From a virus (Duplodnaviria > Caudoviricetes): a stretch of DNA of 41,002 nucleotides. A program made the position numbers and the translations under genes. This document shows positions 34,382 to 41,002 of the stretch, one piece after another. The stretch's first letter is position 1. Each line of letters opens with the position of its first letter. The notes beneath the pieces are model-generated. The model saw only the letters and a list, made by a program, of their open reading frames with translations, searched no databases and had not been told where the DNA came from. The stretch covers positions 1 to 41,002 of IMG/VR virus record IMGVR_UViG_3300048856_000012, one strand, 5' to 3'.

Positions 34382-36541
34382 TTACGGTGCTACACCGGCG
34401 TTTTTGTAGACGCCACGGTAATCGACGAAGCCAGCGCCGAACACCAGACGGGCCTTGACCTCGATACCGTCGACTTCGAAGCCTTCGCGGGTGTCAGTGG
34501 TCATGCCGCCTTCGCCGTCCAGGTAGCCATATTCGAAGGTCTCGTTGTTGTCGCCGACGAGGAACCAGCTGTAATCGGTGATGCGCGGTTCAACGATGAC
34601 GATCAGCTGGCTGTTGTAGATCGGGTTGATCGTTGCGTTGTTGATCGGGGTGTACGCGCTGCTGGTCAGCTGGTAAGCGGCCAGTTCGTTCAGCGGGCCA
34701 ACGACCAGGTAGCGCGGCTCAACGTTAATGAAGGTCTTCTTGTCGATGCCCTTCTGAGTGCGCATGGCGGTGCGTGCAGCTTGCAGGCTGGCGATGGTGA
34801 TCGCGCTTGCGGTGCCGGCCAAGTTGCCGTGACCAGCCGAGAACACGTTTGCACCGTCCGACCACTTGCGGTCAGTGATGAACAGATCCCAGATCACATC
34901 CGATTCGGTCTGGCGGGCGGAGTTGGCGAGCGCGGTAGGTACGCGGTCGAACGCGCCCAGGTCGTCGTTCACCATCATTTCCCAGGTGTAGGCAATGATC
35001 TTGCCCCACTTCTCGGCGCGCATCGGGCTGCCTTCTTCCGGCAGGCTGCCATATTTGTACTCGCCGCCCTCGCGAACTTTCTCCAGACGGGATGCTTCGC
35101 CCAGCGCGATAGAGGTGCGCTCGCGGAAGTCGACGAAGTTGTTCTGAGTGCCCAGCGGCAGCCAAGTAGGCTCGCGCTCTTCGTATGCCGCACGCAACGA
35201 GCGGTTGATGGTGTTGCCCAGGATGCCGGGGAAATCGGACGTGCTGTGCATGCCGGCGGCGCGCTGCTGGCTCTGGCCGGAAACGTTCAGTGCCAGCTTG
35301 GCAATGTCTTGGCGGGTCATGCCTTCGGGATTACCGCCGGCCATGCGGATCGATTCGCGAGCCAGGTCGATCATGGTGAAGCCACGGAAGCGTTTCGCGC
35401 CCTCGGTGACCTTGTGCTTGCTCGGCGCGGCGCGGTGCAGAATCGCTTCCTGCATTGCTTCGCGTGCTTTGTTGATGTTGGCTTGGGCCACGTTGCCCCC
35501 GTTGCTGCTGGAGAAATTGGATTGGCGGGACTGCAATGCGATGAGCATTTCGAGCTTCGCGTCGGATACGCTGACGCCGCGCTCGATCAGGTCTTCGATG
35601 GTCTTGCCTTCGACCTTGAACTGCTGGCCGAAAGTGCGGATGGCTTTGGCGCGGGAACGTTCGCGCTTCTCGCCGTCTTCACCTTCGCCGGCTGCGGCTT
35701 CTTCTTCCTCGCGCTTCTTGCGCTGCTCTTCGGTCTCGCCGGCAGGCGGTGCATTCGGCTGGCCTTCGCCATCTTCGCCGCCACCAGCAGCGCCGGTGCC
35801 TTCGTCCAGGGTGTCGAGCGCCGCGTCCAGCTCGATGGCCAGGGCCTCGATCTCTTCTTGGGCTTCAACGATCTTGGCTTCGTCCTCGACTTCGCGAGCT
35901 TTCACCAGGGATGCACGGGCTTTGTTCATAGCCGTGCGGATTTGTTGGACAGTACGCATCTGAGGTTTCCCCTTACTTCGATTGGTTACATTGGCGGTGA
36001 ACGTGCGGGGCGTCACGCCGCCGCGGACTTGTGCGCCGGCGTCAAATGGCACCGGAACAAAGCTGATTTCGAGCGGTTCCCAGTCGGTAGCGATCAGCTT
36101 GTCAGGCTGTCCGTCTTCGCCGATCACGCGCTCATAGTGGTATACGACATATCCTACAGAGATGTTGCGGATAATGCCGTTTCGGATATCGCTGACGAGA
36201 TCGGCAATTTCTGCGCGGTTGCTGAACTTGACGATTGCATGACCTTCGCCGTCGTCGATCCAGGCCGAGGTAACAACGCCGATCTGTTTCCGCATCTCGT
36301 GCGACTGGTGGGCGTCCAGAACGGGAGCGCCAGAGTTGAGGCGATCCATTCGGATGCTGGCCTCATCAACGCGAAGGGATTCGAGATAGACCTCGCCGTC
36401 CCATTCGCATCGCTCACCCTCGGCACCCGTGGTCCAAACGATCTGGATGCTGTTTTCGTCTTCGTTGAAGGTCGCCGGCACGAAGGCCGCACGCGTAGAA
36501 CGCGCCGGCATCGTGACCTTGCGTTTTTTTCCTTTTGGCAT
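34382..36541 (-). CDS. Prohead protease - scaffold - major capsid fusion protein
   Basis: Protease motifs PVLDAH, ISVGY, EISFVPVPFD; acidic linker; capsid motifs HSTSDFP, VNDDLGAF, VDYRG. Confidence 0.93.
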   Translation of the reverse strand: MPKGKKRKVTMPARSTRAAFVPATFNEDENSIQIVWTTGAEGERCEWDGEVYLESLRVDEASIRMDRLNSGAPVLDAHQSHEMRKQIGVVTSAWIDDGEGHAIVKFSNRAEIADLVSDIRNGIIRNISVGYVVYHYERVIGEDGQPDKLIATDWEPLEISFVPVPFDAGAQVRGGVTPRTFTANVTNRSKGKPQMRTVQQIRTAMNKARASLVKAREVEDEAKIVEAQEEIEALAIELDAALDTLDEGTGAAGGGEDGEGQPNAPPAGETEEQRKKREEEEAAAGEGEDGEKRERSRAKAIRTFGQQFKVEGKTIEDLIERGVSVSDAKLEMLIALQSRQSNFSSSNGGNVAQANINKAREAMQEAILHRAAPSKHKVTEGAKRFRGFTMIDLARESIRMAGGNPEGMTRQDIAKLALNVSGQSQQRAAGMHSTSDFPGILGNTINRSLRAAYEEREPTWLPLGTQNNFVDFRERTSIALGEASRLEKVREGGEYKYGSLPEEGSPMRAEKWGKIIAYTWEMMVNDDLGAFDRVPTALANSARQTESDVIWDLFITDRKWSDGANVFSAGHGNLAGTASAITIASLQAARTAMRTQKGIDKKTFINVEPRYLVVGPLNELAAYQLTSSAYTPINNATINPIYNSQLIVIVEPRITDYSWFLVGDNNETFEYGYLDGEGGMTTDTREGFEVDGIEVKARLVFGAGFVDYRGVYKNAGVAP

Positions 36542-38037
36542 TATGTGGCCTCTTCGGTTTCGGCGAGTGTACCAGCAGCAGCAGCAGGCGCAATACCGGC
36601 CCCGGCTTTGGCTACGTTGCGCGGATCGCCGTCAAACAGCAATCCAGCAGCGTCGAGAGCGGCATTATCTTCCTGAATCTGCCTGATGTGCGCTTCGGTA
36701 TCGTTGATGCCGCGTTCTTTCAGCATGCCGCTGAAGCTGAGGCCGCCTATGCGCAGCTCTTTCTCTATGGCGTTCAGCTCTTGGACCGGATCGATCAGGT
36801 CGCGGCGCGGCGCTACCCAGCCCGCAGGGATCGGCTCTGACCAGCCGTTCTCACTGAGCGCCGCCGCCTCGTTGAACCAGTCCCAAACGCGGGCGCACAT
36901 CTGCGGCACGATCATGTGCCAGCGCCATACGTCTATGTTGCGACCGAATTCAAGCCAGCCCATGCGGCCACTTGTGAAGCTGACGCCGTTCAGGTCGCCG
37001 GTGAGCACTTCGTAAGGCAGGCCCAGGCCGACAGCCGTCGCACGTAATGACTGCTTGCTGTACGACTCGTAACCGCTGAAGGTCGGCGGCGTGCCGAAGG
37101 TGACAGACTCGCCGACGTTCAGCCGCTCCAGCATGCCGGGCTCTATGGCCTCGGGCAGCATGTAGTTACTACGACCGGTGGCAGCGGCTGTCATTTCTGG
37201 TTCAGTGGTGATGATCGCCGCGAAGCATGCCGCTACCTTGGCCTGCTCGATCACCGCGTCTTCCATCTCGTCGAAGTTGCGCATACGGAGAATTACCGGA
37301 GCCATCCACGAGTAACCCCGCGTCTGACCTGGCCGCTTGCGCAGGAAGATGTGGGCAATGTCTTCGGCGGGTACTGGCTCGCTCACTGAGCTGGCGCGGA
37401 GGTTGCGGATGTTGCCGCCAGGGTGATTTGGGAACAGCCAATAATGCGTGCGCTTGCCGGTCTGGTCGTACTGGATGCCCTGCTCGATGTAGCCGCCCTC
37501 GGCCAGAGTGGTCGTCTTGTCTTCGTCCAGGTGATCGGCTTCGAGGATTTGCAGCTTGAAGTTCAGCGCGTTCTCGCCACGCGCCCAGACCCGCCGCAAC
37601 AGAACTTCGCCGCTTTCCGCGATGGACTGGATCGCCAGATTCTGCATGCCGTAGAAGTCTGAGATGCCTTCAAAGTCGCAGGCCGTCGTCTCTGCCCAGC
37701 GCGCCCACATCTCAAGCGCACGTTTCTTCTGGCGCGCTCGGCCTCGCGGATCAGGAACGATGCCGTAACCGACCGTGTTTGATGCGATGGCAGATATGCC
37801 TTTCTCGGCGTATGGGTTGTCGCGGCGCATGGCCCTGGCGCGGTCACGGAGCAGGCCTTGGCCCTGGCCTATCACCGTGTTGGCGTCGCTCCCGGTTGTG
37901 CGCCAGCCGTCCGTTCGCCGGCCACGGGACGCAGCCTCAAACCCGCGCATCTTCTTCAGTGCGTTGCGGGCCATCTCCCGCTTTAGACCGGCGGCGGGGT
38001 TGAAGGCCGAGACGATGGAGTCGAATAAATTCCTCAT
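36541..38037 (-). CDS. Portal protein, lambda family
   Basis: LRDRARAMRRDN, RPGQTRG, YEVLTGDL, IDPVQE. Confidence 0.95.
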   Translation of the reverse strand: MRNLFDSIVSAFNPAAGLKREMARNALKKMRGFEAASRGRRTDGWRTTGSDANTVIGQGQGLLRDRARAMRRDNPYAEKGISAIASNTVGYGIVPDPRGRARQKKRALEMWARWAETTACDFEGISDFYGMQNLAIQSIAESGEVLLRRVWARGENALNFKLQILEADHLDEDKTTTLAEGGYIEQGIQYDQTGKRTHYWLFPNHPGGNIRNLRASSVSEPVPAEDIAHIFLRKRPGQTRGYSWMAPVILRMRNFDEMEDAVIEQAKVAACFAAIITTEPEMTAAATGRSNYMLPEAIEPGMLERLNVGESVTFGTPPTFSGYESYSKQSLRATAVGLGLPYEVLTGDLNGVSFTSGRMGWLEFGRNIDVWRWHMIVPQMCARVWDWFNEAAALSENGWSEPIPAGWVAPRRDLIDPVQELNAIEKELRIGGLSFSGMLKERGINDTEAHIRQIQEDNAALDAAGLLFDGDPRNVAKAGAGIAPAAAAGTLAETEEAT

Positions 38038-38348
38038 GGGCAGCACCGCCCGTCCTGATGGAACGGCAGGCACTCGCTCCCCTCTTCCAGATGCAGGCAC
38101 GGTGCCGGGCTGTAGCCTTTCGAGAACGATGCGACAGTTCGCCGGCGGCTGCCTGCGCCCATGCCAAGGCGTCCGGCCAGGAGTCGCAACAGCTTCAGCA
38201 TCTCATCAGTCGAGCGGTACGTGACGTTTTTCGACCCGCCTGGATGGCTATAAGAAACACTCTGGGCACCTGAGAAAATGGCCGCCTCAAGTTCGTAATA
38301 ATTCTCGACCGTAAGGCCGCTCACGGGTAATACATTTTCTGGCGTCAT
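38034..38348 (-). CDS. Head-tail joining protein (gpW-like)
   Basis: LEAAIFSGAQSVSY...VTYRSTDEM; between terL and portal. Confidence 0.8.
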   Translation of the reverse strand: MTPENVLPVSGLTVENYYELEAAIFSGAQSVSYSHPGGSKNVTYRSTDEMLKLLRLLAGRLGMGAGSRRRTVASFSKGYSPAPCLHLEEGSECLPFHQDGRCCP

Positions 38349-40255
38349 TTTCTGCGGTTCCAGTATTTAGATGGACGTCTATCGGGCTTTTCCTCGGCTA
38401 TTTCCGATTCTTCGCCGTTCTCGATTCCGAGCGATTGCTCCAGTTCCTGCCAGTTCTCTTCGGTAAAAGTGTCGATCCCGACCAGGTTCGCCGCCGCACG
38501 AGCGTAGACAGTGCAGTCAAGAACCTCATTTCGGGCGCGGGTCTTCTCCCAAATTGCGGTCATCCTACCATTTACGCGTTTCATCACTCGTTGTTCGGCG
38601 CAAAGCTGCAAGAAGAATTCTTCTTCAAGCTCGGGGAAGTGGATGTAACCCCGGCCCAGTGGCTCACCCTCGACAGCCTTGTACCGAAGCTGCTGATACA
38701 GCTCGGACTTGACGATTGGTAGAGTGATGTTCCAGAGCTTGGTGGATCGGGCGCGGCGCTGGCCGTTCGGCTTGATCTGTATCGCCTTTGCGCTGCTGAC
38801 CATGATGCTGCCAGTCGGCATGCCCTTCACCGCCATGACCATTCCCTGCGGCTGGCTGGCGCACCAGTCGTAAACGGTCTGCGATTGGTCACCAGAGTCG
38901 ACCGCCAACATGGTGATGGGCATAGCCACACCTGCGTGCGTGTGCGGGTAGTGTTTCTCACGCAGCCTCGTCAACTTCTCCCACGGACCGCCCGGCGTGC
39001 TCGGGTCGCTGGTGTCGCCGTGGAACTGCTGGTGATCGACAACCCAGCGTTCGAGGTTGCGGCCCCAGGCAAAGGTCACGACCTCGATCCAGCCCGCGCC
39101 ATCAACGCCGCGCTGAACGTCCGCCGCCGCCGTCAGGATCAGGCCGCCTTTCGGTATAACGCCGAGCGGGTAATCCTCACGCCGATCAAACAGCGTTTTC
39201 CACTCGGGCAACTCGCCCTGCTCTTTCCAGGTCTCGGCCAGCTGCGTGTTGACGAATACCTTAAGCATCTCGGGGGAGCGACGCGCCTTTACGAACTTTT
39301 CAGCCAGCTTGCTCACGGGCTCCCAAGGGCTCGCCAGCTTGTTCACCTTGAACCCGGCGTGACCATTGAACGGCGCGGTTGCAACCCAGCCCCGATCAGG
39401 CAGGAAGCGCGTGGCCTTGATCGCCCGCCGACGCTCGGTCTCGGTCCACGGTTCGCCGCAGTCCGGGCAGTGGTACAGCGCCGTGCTCGGATGGCCCTCG
39501 TCCCATCGAACGTTTCGCCAAAGCATCTCAGATCGGCCATTGCAGTGCGGGCACTGAGGACAGAAAACCCGCTTGTCGCTCTCTTCGTACGATATGGCAA
39601 TCCGGCTCCCGCCGCCGTCCTCAGTCGGCTCAAGCGTCGGCGAACAAACCAGGATCTGTTTCCAGTTCCAGAAAGTCGCAGAACGCTCGGCCAGAATGCT
39701 TACAGGATCACCCTCATCGCCAGCGCTGCCAGGGTACTTGTCCACCTCGTCGCACAGCACCAGCCGCACGGGGCGCATCGCCAGATCGCCGGGGGCGTTC
39801 GCGCCGACAATGGTGATCTGCCCGCCAGGGAACTGTTTGTGCAACGTCGTGTTGCCCGAGTCACGGGATTTCTTCGGCACCAGCTTTTTGAGTTCGGGGC
39901 TGGTGCGGAACATCGCATCAAGCCGGTCTTTGCTGAACGCCTCGCCGGCCTTGATCGTCGGCTGCATGACGATGATCGGCGAAGGGTCTTGATGCGTGAA
40001 GTACCCGACCGTGTTCAGGATCAGCTCGGTCTTCATGAACTGCGTGCAGCACATGACGGTGATGACGTGTATCCGTGGATCGGTTACGGCTTCCATCGGG
40101 CCGCGTGCAGCCTCAACGCGGGCGGTAGACCACTTGCCCGGAATACTGGACGACTCCGAGGACAGGTAGCGGTATTCGTCTGCCCACTCGGGCAGGTTCA
40201 GGTCAGGCGGCGGTTTGAGTACCGCGCGCGCCTTCCTCAGTCGTTCCAATAGCAT
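38345..40255 (-). CDS. terL: Terminase large subunit, lambda GpA family
   Basis: EWADEYR, TQFMKTE, DEVDKY, AADVQ, AVDSG, RNEVLDC. Confidence 0.96.
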   Translation of the reverse strand: MLLERLRKARAVLKPPPDLNLPEWADEYRYLSSESSSIPGKWSTARVEAARGPMEAVTDPRIHVITVMCCTQFMKTELILNTVGYFTHQDPSPIIVMQPTIKAGEAFSKDRLDAMFRTSPELKKLVPKKSRDSGNTTLHKQFPGGQITIVGANAPGDLAMRPVRLVLCDEVDKYPGSAGDEGDPVSILAERSATFWNWKQILVCSPTLEPTEDGGGSRIAISYEESDKRVFCPQCPHCNGRSEMLWRNVRWDEGHPSTALYHCPDCGEPWTETERRRAIKATRFLPDRGWVATAPFNGHAGFKVNKLASPWEPVSKLAEKFVKARRSPEMLKVFVNTQLAETWKEQGELPEWKTLFDRREDYPLGVIPKGGLILTAAADVQRGVDGAGWIEVVTFAWGRNLERWVVDHQQFHGDTSDPSTPGGPWEKLTRLREKHYPHTHAGVAMPITMLAVDSGDQSQTVYDWCASQPQGMVMAVKGMPTGSIMVSSAKAIQIKPNGQRRARSTKLWNITLPIVKSELYQQLRYKAVEGEPLGRGYIHFPELEEEFFLQLCAEQRVMKRVNGRMTAIWEKTRARNEVLDCTVYARAAANLVGIDTFTEENWQELEQSLGIENGEESEIAEEKPDRRPSKYWNRRK

Positions 40256-40901
40256 GGGGGTCTGATAGCTCCGTCAAGGCGTCGTTGTGGTACTGCTCGA
40301 TAATCGCCTGTACTTCCAGGAGGTTGCCGCTACCGAAGTAATCGATCAGTTCTTGGGCCAGCGGGATCTTGGACGCCTTCAGCTTTGCACCGACTGCGGC
40401 GTATTCCTGTTCGACCACGGCGGCCACGTCTTCGACTTTTACGTACTCGCCCAGCTGCTTACGGTAGTCGAGCTCTGCCTGAGCGGCCTTGTAGTATTCG
40501 GCACGCCTGCGAGATACGCCCACGTCAAGCAGGCCATGCTCGGGTATGTCGACAATGGGCTCGTCGTGCGGCGGGTCCGGTAGGTCTTGCGGTTTCTCGC
40601 GTGGCGGCTGGGCTTTATTCTGCGCCACCGGCTTTGCCTTCGCCGCTGGAGCGGGCTTTGCCTTCGGGGCCGGCTTCGGCTTCGGCGGCTTCGCAAGATC
40701 GGTACCGGTCTTTTTCCCGCACAGGTCAGGGCGCGCGTTATTTTCTTCCCAGACTTTCACGCCCTTTTCGCTTTCAATTTGCACCTTTCCAGCTCGCACA
40801 CGGGTCGCTCCCTGCAACCTTCCACGCTTAAGCGCCTGGCACACCGCAGGGGCTGAAACCCCAATGATTGCTGCGAATTCTCGCTGTGATATCCACGCCA
40901 T
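40203..40901 (-). CDS. terS: Terminase small subunit (Nu1-like)
   Basis: N-terminal HTH ISQREFAAIIGVS; K/P/A linker; helical C-terminus; between cos and terL. Confidence 0.85.
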   Translation of the reverse strand: MAWISQREFAAIIGVSAPAVCQALKRGRLQGATRVRAGKVQIESEKGVKVWEENNARPDLCGKKTGTDLAKPPKPKPAPKAKPAPAAKAKPVAQNKAQPPREKPQDLPDPPHDEPIVDIPEHGLLDVGVSRRRAEYYKAAQAELDYRKQLGEYVKVEDVAAVVEQEYAAVGAKLKASKIPLAQELIDYFGSGNLLEVQAIIEQYHNDALTELSDPHAIGTTEEGARGTQTAA

Positions 40902-40989
40902 ATGTTAACGCTCGATTAATACGTCTGGCGTCGATCATACCCTAACGGCGTTAAGTGTTAATTTTCAGAAAAACTAAAAAAAATGCGTG

Positions 40990-41001
40990 GCGCGAATAAC
41001 C
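40990..41001. repeat. Right copy of 12-bp terminal repeat (cos)
   Basis: GCGCGAATAACC identical to 1-12. Confidence 0.8.
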
Positions 41002-41002
41002 A

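Larger units (their letters stand above)
1..41002. mobile_element. Complete cos-type tailed phage genome (lambda-like head, Mu-like contractile tail), probably of Pseudomonas
   Basis: Full set of packaging, head, tail, lysis, replication and recombination modules; no host genes; 12-bp terminal repeat. Confidence 0.93.

Noticed and set aside
34334-36676. 780-aa plus-strand ORF
   Set aside because: Antisense shadow of the capsid gene caused by GC-rich codon bias; no motifs
38885-40252. 455-aa plus-strand ORF
   Set aside because: Antisense shadow of terL

Overview
The window looks like one complete ~41 kb tailed-phage genome with a 12-bp terminal direct repeat (GCGCGAATAACC, probable cohesive end). 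The host is probably Pseudomonas; this is inferred from GC content and gene families, not proven. The minus-strand late arm carries lambda-type packaging and head genes (TerS, GpA-type TerL, lambda-family portal, protease-capsid fusion), a Mu-like contractile tail and baseplate, an SGNH/SASA esterase tail protein, a lysis cassette and a collagen-like cassette. The minus-strand middle arm carries cro, a C5 DNA methyltransferase, an initiator with iterons, DnaB and RusA. The plus-strand early arm carries small genes, a PL7 lyase, Lar, RecT/YqaJ/NinB, an FtsK-gamma protein, Arc and Ea22. No integrase, CI repressor or Q antiterminator was recognised. Most notable observations: (1) a two-chain C5 methyltransferase whose second subunit is fully nested in another reading frame with its own Shine-Dalgarno; (2) a ~150-nt RNA with its own promoter, U-tract and crossed helices in front of recT, and a second ~280-nt structured element before the late genes; (3) a PL7 alginate-lyase-like gene together with a virion O-acetylesterase; (4) an orphan attP-like site; (5) an unannotated, very acidic 30-aa peptide heading the late operon. 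All protein calls rest on motif recognition by eye; no database searches were run.
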